A stretch of DNA of 64,000 nucleotides, taken from positions 62,001-126,000 of the IMG/VR virus record IMGVR_UViG_3300028177_000001. The stretch is one strand, 5' to 3'. Every line of letters begins with the position of its first letter. The first letter of the stretch is position 1. Below, one piece after another: positions 38,267 to 47,993 of this stretch. Under the pieces are notes generated by a model. It did not search any database. It saw nothing but the letters and a program-made list of their open reading frames with translations, and had not been told where the DNA came from. The translations under genes and the position numbers were made by a program.

Positions 38267-38623
38267 TCACCCAGCCGACCCGTGCTTCTTTAGGAGAAGC
38301 CTCAGAGTTTCCTTCTCTCGCGCCTCCCTCTGAGCCTCTCGCTTCTCTCGCTCCCGCGTGTGTCGGGCATGGATCAGGGGCATCGCCTTCGCGAAGGCAG
38401 CGTCCTCGTCAAACGGGACCCGCTCGGTCTTGTAGACTGGACCCACGTCCAGCTCGTACCGGAGATCCTCCTCGTCATGGGTCTCGAGACCCATCTCCTC
38501 GAGTTCCTCCGAAAGTTCAGCCAGCTGTTTGGGAATGTCGTCGAGGGACTTGACCTCGAAAGAGCCTCCGCCGCTGCGTCTGACCTCCCAGCAGACCAGA
38601 TAGGTGGTCTCGCTGTCGCTCAT
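38267..38623 (-). CDS. Hypothetical protein
   Basis: 118-aa ORF with ATGA overlap to the HD gene end. Confidence 0.6.
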   Translation of the reverse strand: MSDSETTYLVCWEVRRSGGGSFEVKSLDDIPKQLAELSEELEEMGLETHDEEDLRYELDVGPVYKTERVPFDEDAAFAKAMPLIHARHTREREKREAQREAREKETLRLLLKKHGSAG

Positions 38624-39195
38624 CCCAGCCCCTTGCCGTCACCGAAGTAGATGCGAGCGGAGACGTTGTCGCAATGGTGCACGTGTGTCGCCAGAGGGCT
38701 CGCCACCCGCTCATTTTTCTTGTGGTCCGAGCCTTCCCCGTGCGTGTACTTGAGGGCGTTCCACTCATCCGGGGTGAGCCAGATGTCGAACAACTCGAGA
38801 AGCTCTCGCAGGATCGCCTGCTTGGCAAACTCCCAGACCTCGTGCTCTGGGACGTCCTTCCGGAAAGACTTGACGTAGGTTCTCCACTCAACACAGACCG
38901 GGGAGTCTCAGGGCCCGTACCGGAAGGGCTTCTCGATGTCGTGGAGGAACAGGCAGATCGTGGCCGAGTCCGCCGTGAACGGGAGCGCTCGGTATGCGTT
39001 GAGGGCCTCCCAGGTGAGGAGGTTCACGCGGACCGCATCAGCGATGTGGTCCAGGTAGCCGCCCTCCCATGCCTGGTGGTTGTGGGAACTGCCCCGAGCA
39101 AATCTGAAGAGGTACTCGTACTTGTCGTAGAGTGCGAGAAAAGCTTCCCGACGAGGGTCGGACATCTCGGAGAGCAGTGTGCGAAGAGGCTTCAT
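38620..39195 (-). pseudogene. HD-domain phosphohydrolase interrupted by an in-frame TGA at 38908-38910
   Basis: HNHQAWEGGYLDH..LHDIEK lies before the stop. The same frame continues DSPVC..LTPDEWNALKYTHG..PLATHVHHCDNVSA to a TGA at 38620. Confidence 0.75.
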
Positions 39196-39199
39196 GCGG

Positions 39200-39724
39200 T
39201 CAGTCCTCGTAGAACTCTTCCAGTCCAGCGGTGTCGAAGCCTGCCTCTGCGAGAAGGTGGGCAATCAACTCGAGGGGGTCCTTCTCGTCCTCCATGTACT
39301 TGGCGAGGACTGCCATGACCCGGAGGCCGTCCTTCTCCGCGAACCGCATCAGGTTGCGGAAGGCACCCGCCTTGGACAACTTCACTGCGCCCTCGTAGTC
39401 GGGCTCCTTGGGGGGCTTCCCAGGCTCCGTTAGATAGCGAGGGGTGCGAGGAAAAGGGCTCTTCCGCCAGGCATCGTAGGCAGCGATAGACTCGGTGTGT
39501 CGCACCAGTGACTGCTCGTAGGACAGCTTCAGCTCCGCCTTCATGTCCTCGTAGTACTCGTCGGTGAAGCCGTACAGCTTCTCCAGACCTCGGATCTCAC
39601 CAGTTGAGAGAGCGAGACCGTTATGCGTCTGACCGCCCAGGAGCCGACACATCGTGGTCGAACTCTTGGTGGTGTGCACACACCCAGTCTCAGGGTGGCC
39701 TTCAAGGTGGGCAGGGTTGCTCAT
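39200..39724 (-). CDS. Hypothetical protein
   Basis: 174-aa ORF, no recognisable motif. Confidence 0.6.
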   Translation of the reverse strand: MSNPAHLEGHPETGCVHTTKSSTTMCRLLGGQTHNGLALSTGEIRGLEKLYGFTDEYYEDMKAELKLSYEQSLVRHTESIAAYDAWRKSPFPRTPRYLTEPGKPPKEPDYEGAVKLSKAGAFRNLMRFAEKDGLRVMAVLAKYMEDEKDPLELIAHLLAEAGFDTAGLEEFYED

Positions 39725-39827
39725 GACCCTGATTACCGCGATAGAAACTCGCGGGACCTCTTCCCTGTTGAGCTATGGGCGAAGTGCGGGGACTCGGGTG
39801 TTCGAGTCCCTGTCTTCTACCTGCCCC

Positions 39828-40301
39828 CTAAAGAAGCTCCCACCGACCCTCTGGAAGGCGACCACGCTCCAGGCCCCGAGCCACGTTTCCCACTGCCTCT
39901 TCGGCCCAGGCTGAGTCCGTGTCTCGCACCGCAGAGTACACGTTGATATCCCCACCGTCCTCCAGTTGTAGGTAGATCCCAATACCATTTGCGTCGGCAA
40001 CTACGTCTGCAGATGCTACGTCCCCGCTGGGTTCGTCCTCTTCTTCCAGCCAGTAGTAGATGTCTTCAGCCGTTAGTCTGGGCTTCCGCACAGAGGCCAG
40101 CCACGGGTTCCCCCCGTCTCCAAAAGGCCTGGAACCGCCGAACCCCGAACCAAGGTCTGACTGGGTCATCTCCCGGGGACGCACACCTGAGGTCTTCGCC
40201 AGGCCAGCCAGGATTGCCTTCCTCTCATCCGAACCCTTCTCCAGGGAGGAGGCCAGCTTGATGAGAGCGGAGCGGTCCGAGGCAGTGAGAGACTTAGGCA
40301 T
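39828..40301 (-). CDS. Hypothetical late protein with a helical N-terminal leader
   Basis: Preceded by the late motif. Leader SDRSALIKLASSLEKGSDERKAILAGLAKTS. Confidence 0.6.
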   Translation of the reverse strand: MPKSLTASDRSALIKLASSLEKGSDERKAILAGLAKTSGVRPREMTQSDLGSGFGGSRPFGDGGNPWLASVRKPRLTAEDIYYWLEEEDEPSGDVASADVVADANGIGIYLQLEDGGDINVYSAVRDTDSAWAEEAVGNVARGLERGRLPEGRWELL

Positions 40302-40338
40302 GTCGAAGAGACTCCGTAGACGGTAGCTCTACCGTGGG

Positions 40339-40353
40339 ATAGTAGACCTACCG
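40339..40353 (-). promoter_or_regulatory. Putative late promoter (identical to the 38247 copy)
   Basis: cggt aggtctac tat. Confidence 0.7.
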
Positions 40354-41856
40354 TGTCAGGGAATCCAGACGACCCTTTAGGTACATCACGTCGTCGAAGG
40401 GCTGGTCGTATCGGACCTCGAGATACCTCAAGTCCAAGGCTCCCTGGATCAACTCCCTCTTGTGCCGGTCCCTCGCTCTCCCAGCCAGGTACTGCTCCTC
40501 CGTCTTGTGGAAAGCGTTCGGGAACACGAAGTGCTGATGCCCGTGGAACTCTACAATCAAGGAGACATCCGGGAAGTAGCCGTCGAACTTGTATCTCCAC
40601 CCCGTCTTAGGGTTGAAGAACCTACGACTCTTCCACTCATCTTCCCACGGGAGACCTCCGAGAGCCTCGGAAACGGTCCCGAGGCATAGACCCTGGGAGA
40701 GCCCCCACTTGTATCGAGGCATCCCGTGCCGGTCGGCCTCTCGAGCCGCCACGCCCGAAGACACTCCGAGGCGGGACGCTGCCCAGGCTGCTACCAGCTT
40801 CCCGTTCTTGAGTCGATACGGGGCGAGCTGCTCCTCCGTGAGTCGGATGAACTGGGCCTCGCTCCGAGCCTTCACGTTCACGTCGGAGATCTCGAGTCCG
40901 TAGGTCGCCATGTATCTCTGACAAGCCTGCCAGGGGATCTCTGCGTCCAGTGCCTTCTGGCGGTCCAGTCGGCCATCCTCATCGAGGATCGGCTGGATAT
41001 CCTCCAAGGTCAGCTCAACCTTCAAGCCGTTGTGCCAGGGGCGGTTCTCTCCCACATACAACTTGAGCTTTGCTGAAGTCCGCCTCAGTGCCTCGTGATC
41101 CTCCGCTGTGAGACCTGCTGACCAACAAGGCTTCCCGAGCATCTTCTCCGCCTGCCGGGCGAGACTGGGGTGGGTCTCCTTTGTCAATCCCTTGTTCCAC
41201 CGGCCTGCGTTCTCGGACATCAAGGCTCGGGTCTCCTCCGACAGGGGGACTCCTCGGAGATGCCACTTCTGGGTCACAGCCTGGGCCATCTGGGGCGTGC
41301 CTGGATAGAGGGCCTGGTAGTCTGGGTGCTCCGCTTGGATATGGCTCACCAGACTGATCGCTCGGTGGCCGCATGCCCTGCACGTGACGTAGTCCTCGAG
41401 CTCCGTCTTACCAGCCCAGCGTCCGTCCTCTGCCGCTGCCTTGCACGCAGGACACATCCCCGGAGCTGCGAGCTTGTGTGCCTCGTAGGTCCCCGGACAC
41501 ACTGTGCAGGAGACTTCTTTGGTGCCCTCGTAGGCTGGAGAAGTGCGACGAGCCTTCGTGACTGCCTTGCGTTGACCCTGCTGAGAACTCAGCGAGCGTA
41601 GCAATGCCTGCGCACCGTGCTTCTCTCGGTACTGGGCGGCAGTCAAACTGTGAGTCCGCAAGTGGCCTGTCAGGCTGGGAGCCTTGAGTCCACACTCCCT
41701 ACAGGACACATAATCCTCGGGCTCCGCCTTACCAGCCCACCTCTGGTCCGCCTGCCAGGTCTTGTAGTCAGGGTGCGTCTCCGACTGGCGGCGGAAATGC
41801 GAGGCCATGCCTCGGGCATTCGCCACGCTCACGTTACACACAGGACACTCGGGCAT
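40348..41856 (-). CDS. Free-standing homing-endonuclease-like protein: zinc fingers, NUMOD3-like repeats, C-terminal Vsr/DUF559-like nuclease
   Basis: Repeated RWAGK..EDYV.CR.CG..L..H. SEETRALMSE..WNKGLTKE. YKFDGYF..IVEFHGHQH. Confidence 0.7.
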   Translation of the reverse strand: MPECPVCNVSVANARGMASHFRRQSETHPDYKTWQADQRWAGKAEPEDYVSCRECGLKAPSLTGHLRTHSLTAAQYREKHGAQALLRSLSSQQGQRKAVTKARRTSPAYEGTKEVSCTVCPGTYEAHKLAAPGMCPACKAAAEDGRWAGKTELEDYVTCRACGHRAISLVSHIQAEHPDYQALYPGTPQMAQAVTQKWHLRGVPLSEETRALMSENAGRWNKGLTKETHPSLARQAEKMLGKPCWSAGLTAEDHEALRRTSAKLKLYVGENRPWHNGLKVELTLEDIQPILDEDGRLDRQKALDAEIPWQACQRYMATYGLEISDVNVKARSEAQFIRLTEEQLAPYRLKNGKLVAAWAASRLGVSSGVAAREADRHGMPRYKWGLSQGLCLGTVSEALGGLPWEDEWKSRRFFNPKTGWRYKFDGYFPDVSLIVEFHGHQHFVFPNAFHKTEEQYLAGRARDRHKRELIQGALDLRYLEVRYDQPFDDVMYLKGRLDSLTR

Positions 41857-41932
41857 AGGGTTCCTCCGTAGAAGAACCCTACCCCGGTCGAACCGCCTTA
41901 GCTACCCGGCTGTAGGCTTTTGTAAGCCGGGG

Positions 41933-44900
41933 CTACAAACTTGCGCGGAGGTTGAACGTGAGAATAATATACAACAGGGGGAAGACGGGCTGGTAGTACG
42001 CCTCGACTTCCGCTGCCGTCGGGTCATCCTCGGAAACCTTTGCACTCACGCCCGTGTAGGCCGCGATGATCTGAGCCGCCTTGAGCTGCTTCAGAGTCGT
42101 GTTCATCTGGGTCTCGATCTGGCCGGTGATGCCCGCCAGGAACTTCGACCCGATGTACCGCTCCAGAGCCCCGCGTGCCTGACGCTGGACCTCGTCGGCG
42201 ATGGTGATCACCGTCGGGAGCTTCGTGAGCACGCTGGTCATGTCGGTGGTGAGACCCTGGCGGATCTTGATGACCGACTGCTGCTGGTCGATGACCGTGA
42301 GGCCTCGCACAGCGACCTGGTTCTGCTCGACGGCGTCCAGAACCCGAGCAACCGTGTCCAGACCGACGATGCGACCGCCAGTCCAGGGAGTGGCCACGTC
42401 GATGCTGGGAGCCGCTCGGCCACCGGCAACGGCTGCAGCCGCGTAGGTGCCGTCAACCAGGTAGGACTCCACGGTCCCGTCCGAAGTGCTGAGAGACAGG
42501 GTGTAGAGGTCCGGGTAGACCATCCGGAACCTGTACCGCTTGATAGCCTCGGCCACGGTGCCCGCGTCGCTGGGCTCCGTTCCTGCAGACAGACCGCCGA
42601 TGGCAGTACGCTCCGAACGGTAGCGCATACTGGACTGGATGTCGCAGTGCTGCGCCATGTACTGGAACAGCGTGGTGCTGTCACCCTTCAGGCAGGTGAG
42701 GGTGTCCGGGTAGACGCCCCCAGGCAGGGCTCCCTCGACATCGTCGACTGCTGCCATGTACGCAGCCAGGGTTGCCGTGTCCAGGACACCATCGCCGTCC
42801 GCATCGGAGTCCTTCTGCACCTGGCGAACCGCGACGACCACCGCGCCGTTGAGGATGGCCAGGTACGAGGCCAGCACGACCGGGTTCTCGGTCGAGTTGC
42901 TCCCGTAAGCGGCCTCAATCGTCGTCATCTTCGTGAAAAGGGCGGCGGTGTAGTCCGACTTGGTGTACTCATAGGAGACGTAGAACACGTCGCCGACCGA
43001 AGGCTGGCTGCCACCCTTGTCGTAGGTGGTTACCAGACCCGTGTCCCCAGCCGGGATGTCCAGGGTGTTGGAGACAGTGAGCTCCAGACCCGGGATGGTG
43101 TTCACTGGGAGGTTCGAGTCCGTGGTCACGTTGGCGCGAGATGTCAGGGTGACCGTGGAGGCTGCCGGGTAGCTGGACCCGCCAGACCGAGGAAGGATCG
43201 TGAAGGTCAGGCCCGTGATCGCGTCACGGTAGGTCTGGCCGACGTAGCCGTCCTGGCCCGTCCCGCTGTTGAGCACCGAAGTGTTCGCCGTTCCAGAGCC
43301 GTTCGCCGTGTCCGAGCTGGTAACGTAGAAGCCATCGATGGCGTCTTCGCCGGTGCCTCCGTCGCCGTCCGCCATTCCCAGCCCGGTTCCGGGGAGGGTG
43401 GAGGAGTCACTGGCGGCAGCGTCGATGGCGATGCTGGAGGTCGTGCCCGCTCCTGCGTTGCCGAGGCTCTGCAGGTAGATGTAGGCAGCGTTCGCCGAGT
43501 CGGTGACCCGCTTGGCCAGACCGGCGAAGGCGAAGTAGCCGCTGGCACCGGACCAGGTGAACAGAGACAGAGACAGCGTGGAGTTGGCGTGGGCCATCAT
43601 AGCCGAGACCAGCACCTTGACATCGAGCTCGGTGCGGTAGGCAATGTCGCCGTCGGAGAGACCCAGAGCGGTGTTGGCGCTCCCGGTTCCGACAACGATG
43701 CTCGCTGCAGTCGTGGAGAGGTCCCCGCGCAGACGCCAGCCCGCGCCTTCCTGGACCGGAACAGCCGAGAGACCCGCTGTGGTCATGGCCGCGCTGATCT
43801 GACCGAGGATGGTGTTGACCGAAGCGACCGGGCCCAGGGGCACATCAGCCGAGGCACCGGAAGCGATCGCCGTTCCGGTTGCGTCCGTGAACTCCACCGT
43901 GACCGGAGTGCCCTCGAAGGTGAACTTGAGGACGTTGTTCTGGGCGGTGGTGCCGCCCGCTGCGTAGAATGTGACGACCGGCTGGCTGTCCCGAGCGTCG
44001 GAGTAGGTGCCGCCCGCGACCTGTCCGTCTCCGAAGCCCACGATGCCGGCGAGGGTAGGCTCCATGACCGTGCCTCGGATGCCCGAGAGCCCAGTCTCCT
44101 TGGCGGTCAGACCGGCCTGGGTGGCACCCGTACCCCCCAGGACCTCAAGCTGGGTGAGACCCAGGATAAACGCGCCGTCCATCGAGCCACCGTTGCCCGG
44201 GATGAGCCGGTTGCGGAGGATGATGCGGTCGTGTACCAGCGGGGTAGCCGAGAAGGAGAACACCCGAGCGATGGGGGCGTTGACCACCTTGGCCTGTCCG
44301 CCCTGCGCGGTGTGGGTGTCCAGCCCTGCCAGGACTGCGAAGTCCACGGCGGTCGAAGCACCAGTCACAAACTCGAGGTAGCCGCCTGCGGTGTCGGCCG
44401 GATCGCATTCCAGAGTGAAGGTAAGGCGACCGCTGGTGTCGGTGCCGACGGTGACCTGGGGGGCCAGGGTTCCTGCGGCGATGGCTGCGTTCACCGCCGT
44501 CTGAACCGCTGTCGCCAGAGCCGAAGCGCTGGTGTAGACACCCGCCACGATGACGTTGGCTCCCGTCGCGGAGAAGGTCTCCTGACCTCCGGCCGACCCA
44601 GTGTAGCTGAACACCAGGGCGTCGTACTCACCCAGGGTGATGGTCGTCGAAGACAGGAACCGAGTGGCGCCAGTCATGTAGGGGGCGCTTTCGGAGTTCC
44701 AGAGCGAGAACACCGAGGTGGCGTCGTAGGTGACGCCACCGTCCAGAGTCAGGACGCCTGTGGAGCCGACGTAGTCCGTGACCGTACGAACAACGACGCC
44801 GTTTCCAGTTCCCGAAGTACAAACCACACTCCAACCGTTGTAGTGATCGTCCACATCGGAGGGGTCGGAAGCCGCAGGGATGGTGATGCTACCGGAGGCA

Positions 44901-47122
44901 CCCGCCGAAGCCGTTGCCCCGAAGATGCCGTGAGCTTCCTGGTTGAGGGCAGCGACGTAGTTGGCGGCGGTCGCCGTGGCGTCGGCAGCGGCCAGAGCAT
45001 TCAGAAGAACGCCGTCCACCTGCAAGTCAAGGGACTCGTTGGTAGCGTCAATCTCGTAGGTGATGCCGCCCGAGTCAGCATCGTACCCGATCTCGTCGCC
45101 GACCAGCTGGGCACTGAAGCCCGCGCCGGACCCCATGGGGTCCGAGAGGTTGACGAACCCGCCCGTCAAAGACGCGGCGTCAATCTCGACATCGAAGTTG
45201 TCGCTGGCGCCCGCGATGATGTAGTAGGGGCCAGGGTTGGGCACCGTGTACGAGCCCAGAGTTGCGTTGCGGGTCGAGAAGGTGACTGTGACGTCTTCCT
45301 CCACAGGACCCGTGAACAAGGTCGTGGTGAACGGGGACTCGAACCGAGTGTCGGCCGTGTTCTCCGAGCCGCTGGGGAACTGCACGGTGATGGTCGCCAG
45401 GCCTGCGCTCTTGGTCGAGTACAGGGCGGTGTACATCGCGTCGCCGTCAGCGTCGTCAACCGAGAAGGTGCCGACCCCCGAGGCCCCTTCCGAGACGGAG
45501 GTGAGGGTGTACTCCACATCCTGGATGGTGTTGTAGTAGAAGGTCGCGTAGACGCTCGCACCCACCGGGACTGCAGCGGCCAGAGTGACTCGGCTGTTGT
45601 CGGAGTCCACCTGGGTCACTTCAACCGCGCCACGGTTCACGGCGTCGCTGAGGCTGAAGCCCCAGTACACCAGAACGAGGTCGGGACGGTTGGTGGGGAG
45701 ATCCACGCGCCCGTTCGTCACGGAGAGGTAGGTCGCCGAGGAGATGAGGGAGTTGCGCCCGTTGCCCGTGGTGGGGGTGAGGGGCAGGGTGAAGATCTTG
45801 CGACCCTCGACCGGAGGACTCACCGAAGAGTCAACGTAGGCAGGGCACGCGGCCAGGTACTGTCGGGTGTCTACCAGGGTCCCGGAGATCTGCGTGTCGT
45901 CGAAGTAGGTGGACCCTGTGGTGTGGGTGCCCGACTCGATCAGGACTGCGGTGCCCCAGAGGATCAGGTCATCCTTGAGCACGAAGTCAGTGCCGTCGGT
46001 GTAGTCCGTCCGATCCGGGGTCAGGCCGCAGCGGGTGATGTCGGTGACATTCCGGTGGGCCAGGTAGTCGAAGGTGTCCTGCCAGGAGTTGAAGTAGTAC
46101 TGGCAAGTGACGACCGCGCCGACTTCGGGAGCGAAGGGCAGGGTCACTGCGCCACTGGCACCGTCAACCGCAGTCGGGATGACCTGGGTCCCGTCAACCT
46201 TGACAGTGACATCGGCAGGGTCGGTCGTGGTCACGCCGCCGTTGGTTCCGTCGACGATTGCCTTCTGGAACGTGTAGAAGACCTTGTTGCGTGCAGTGTC
46301 GGTGCCGCTGGTGAGGCCCAGGGTGGTGTTCGCCGTGCCCGCACCCACGATGACGTCGCGGTCTGCGGTGAGCGAGAGGACCGTGTTGCCGAAGTTGTCC
46401 GTGGCCGTCGAAGCGACCAGAGTCGTTCCCGTGGCCGCGCTGTTGATGAACGAGGCCACCTGCGCGGCGGTCCAGCCCGCCGTGGGGCTCTCGGAAAGCG
46501 TGACCGCGACGGCGTCAGCCGAGTCAACGGTGAACGCCAGGGTGTCGTTCGAGTCCGTTGTGATGACGAAGTTCTGGCCGACCGCGCCGTAGATCAGGGG
46601 AGCGGAGGTGCCAACCTGGTCGGTCAGCGTGTCCGTGATCAGCGTGTCCGTGCGGTTGAAGAAGTAGGTCACCTTGACGGTGTCGGTCAGCTTGGGGGCC
46701 GAGCTGAGGGTCAGGATGCCCCTCGTACCGTCGACAGCCAGGACTACGACCGGAGACCCGTTGAGGGTCACGTTGATGCTGGACGAGTTGGTAGCGGTTG
46801 TACCAGACCCGCCGCCCGTGACGATCGGGAAGTTCTTGACCTGGATCCGAACCGCAGCGCCGTCGAAGGCCCCCAGCGTGACCGCACCGGCCTCGGAGAT
46901 CGCCGTCACTGCACGGCCAGTCTCGTCCTCCTGGACGATCCGCTGATCAACGGAGGAGCTCGAGCCCCGGACTACTTCGAGAGAGTCCTGGAAGAGGATC
47001 TCGGAGCCAGTGCCCAGGATGAGGGGCACACGAATCGAGGCGGCCAGACCCTGCACCGGAGAGTCGAAGAAGGTCTGGGTGTATACGCCGGGAGGTGCGT
47101 AAATGCTGCCTGGAAAAGCCAT
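41933..47122 (-). CDS. Tail sheath protein (very long, with many inserted domains)
   Basis: N-terminal YAPPGVYTQT and C-terminal IRQGLTTD..IADEV..YIG..YYQPVFPLLYIILTF. Likely start MAFPG at 47122. Confidence 0.85.
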   Translation of the reverse strand: MAFPGSIYAPPGVYTQTFFDSPVQGLAASIRVPLILGTGSEILFQDSLEVVRGSSSSVDQRIVQEDETGRAVTAISEAGAVTLGAFDGAAVRIQVKNFPIVTGGGSGTTATNSSSINVTLNGSPVVVLAVDGTRGILTLSSAPKLTDTVKVTYFFNRTDTLITDTLTDQVGTSAPLIYGAVGQNFVITTDSNDTLAFTVDSADAVAVTLSESPTAGWTAAQVASFINSAATGTTLVASTATDNFGNTVLSLTADRDVIVGAGTANTTLGLTSGTDTARNKVFYTFQKAIVDGTNGGVTTTDPADVTVKVDGTQVIPTAVDGASGAVTLPFAPEVGAVVTCQYYFNSWQDTFDYLAHRNVTDITRCGLTPDRTDYTDGTDFVLKDDLILWGTAVLIESGTHTTGSTYFDDTQISGTLVDTRQYLAACPAYVDSSVSPPVEGRKIFTLPLTPTTGNGRNSLISSATYLSVTNGRVDLPTNRPDLVLVYWGFSLSDAVNRGAVEVTQVDSDNSRVTLAAAVPVGASVYATFYYNTIQDVEYTLTSVSEGASGVGTFSVDDADGDAMYTALYSTKSAGLATITVQFPSGSENTADTRFESPFTTTLFTGPVEEDVTVTFSTRNATLGSYTVPNPGPYYIIAGASDNFDVEIDAASLTGGFVNLSDPMGSGAGFSAQLVGDEIGYDADSGGITYEIDATNESLDLQVDGVLLNALAAADATATAANYVAALNQEAHGIFGATASAGASGSITIPAASDPSDVDDHYNGWSVVCTSGTGNGVVVRTVTDYVGSTGVLTLDGGVTYDATSVFSLWNSESAPYMTGATRFLSSTTITLGEYDALVFSYTGSAGGQETFSATGANVIVAGVYTSASALATAVQTAVNAAIAAGTLAPQVTVGTDTSGRLTFTLECDPADTAGGYLEFVTGASTAVDFAVLAGLDTHTAQGGQAKVVNAPIARVFSFSATPLVHDRIILRNRLIPGNGGSMDGAFILGLTQLEVLGGTGATQAGLTAKETGLSGIRGTVMEPTLAGIVGFGDGQVAGGTYSDARDSQPVVTFYAAGGTTAQNNVLKFTFEGTPVTVEFTDATGTAIASGASADVPLGPVASVNTILGQISAAMTTAGLSAVPVQEGAGWRLRGDLSTTAASIVVGTGSANTALGLSDGDIAYRTELDVKVLVSAMMAHANSTLSLSLFTWSGASGYFAFAGLAKRVTDSANAAYIYLQSLGNAGAGTTSSIAIDAAASDSSTLPGTGLGMADGDGGTGEDAIDGFYVTSSDTANGSGTANTSVLNSGTGQDGYVGQTYRDAITGLTFTILPRSGGSSYPAASTVTLTSRANVTTDSNLPVNTIPGLELTVSNTLDIPAGDTGLVTTYDKGGSQPSVGDVFYVSYEYTKSDYTAALFTKMTTIEAAYGSNSTENPVVLASYLAILNGAVVVAVRQVQKDSDADGDGVLDTATLAAYMAAVDDVEGALPGGVYPDTLTCLKGDSTTLFQYMAQHCDIQSSMRYRSERTAIGGLSAGTEPSDAGTVAEAIKRYRFRMVYPDLYTLSLSTSDGTVESYLVDGTYAAAAVAGGRAAPSIDVATPWTGGRIVGLDTVARVLDAVEQNQVAVRGLTVIDQQQSVIKIRQGLTTDMTSVLTKLPTVITIADEVQRQARGALERYIGSKFLAGITGQIETQMNTTLKQLKAAQIIAAYTGVSAKVSEDDPTAAEVEAYYQPVFPLLYIILTFNLRASL

Positions 47123-47220
47123 GAGAGATCCTGTTCTTGCCTGAGCAAGGGGCTCAGTGAGGTACAAGCGCCGAAGATTTGACCACCGGGCACACCGGGG
47201 AATACTCTTGGGCTGGATCT

Positions 47221-47235
47221 ATAAACAGGACACCG
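47221..47235 (-). promoter_or_regulatory. Putative late promoter for the sheath gene
   Basis: cggt gtcctgtt tat. Confidence 0.7.
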
Positions 47236-47242
47236 GGGTGTT

Positions 47243-47707
47243 CTACTCTGGCTTCGCCTTCTTGGCCGCCTGGGCAATCTGGAAGGCGGTCTCGCGGTTC
47301 TGGTTCGCCTTGACTCGCTCCTTTTCCTTGATCACTCGGTACTCGCCCGAACCGTCCAGCTTCGGAACCAGCTGGCTCCGGTTTACTGCCAGGCCTTCCT
47401 TGCGTGCGTCTCGAATAGCGGTGTCCTTGACGGTTCCTCGCTTCTCGATGATGCCCCACTTCTTCTCGGCGTCCCGGCCGATTGCCTTGTCCATTTTCCA
47501 GTCGTCCGAGGTGCCCGTGTTCGGCGGGGCCATGCCTCGGGTCTGGGAAGCCGGGTGCACGAACCTGTGGTTCGCTGCGGACACCTGCTTCTTCATGTCT
47601 GTAGAGCACTCAGGACACGGGATGGTGTCCTTGGCAATGGAGATGCGGCTCCAGATCTTCTCTGCCTGAAGCCCGCACTCGCCGCACTGATATTCGTAGA
47701 TGGGCAT
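47243..47707 (-). CDS. FmdB-family zinc-ribbon protein
   Basis: MPIYEYQCGECG...CPECS. Start at 47707 after GGAG. Confidence 0.8.
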   Translation of the reverse strand: MPIYEYQCGECGLQAEKIWSRISIAKDTIPCPECSTDMKKQVSAANHRFVHPASQTRGMAPPNTGTSDDWKMDKAIGRDAEKKWGIIEKRGTVKDTAIRDARKEGLAVNRSQLVPKLDGSGEYRVIKEKERVKANQNRETAFQIAQAAKKAKPE

Positions 47708-47735
47708 GAACTTCTCCGTGCCCACTCTACCCGCG

Positions 47736-47993
47736 CTACTCCCCCAGGGAGGAGAGCAGGTCGATGTACGAGAGATACTGCCCAGGCATGTCTGTGGGCG
47801 GGGCCACCTCCGCAGCATCGAACCGGCGCGCAAACAGAATGAAGAGCGCGGTGATGTCGGAGCCGGAGTAGCCTTCCTCCTGCAGTGTCTGTACAAACTG
47901 CAGGGTGTTGGCCGCGACAGCCTTCGACCAGAGAACGTCCGGGCCGAGGCTTCTAACGTAGACCGCCCACTCTTCGAGATTCTGCGGGTTCAT
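47736..47993 (-). CDS. Hypothetical protein
   Basis: 85-aa ORF coupled to the helicase stop. Confidence 0.55.
   Translation of the reverse strand: MNPQNLEEWAVYVRSLGPDVLWSKAVAANTLQFVQTLQEEGYSGSDITALFILFARRFDAAEVAPPTDMPGQYLSYIDLLSSLGE

Noticed and set aside
38908-38910. Genome-wide TGA reassignment
   Set aside because: TGA terminates many genes with clean TGATG/ATGA overlaps. Only one interrupted gene was seen.
41807-47182. 1791-aa plus-strand ORF
   Set aside because: Antisense shadow of the sheath gene caused by high-GC codon bias. It has an R/G/V-rich composition and no motifs.
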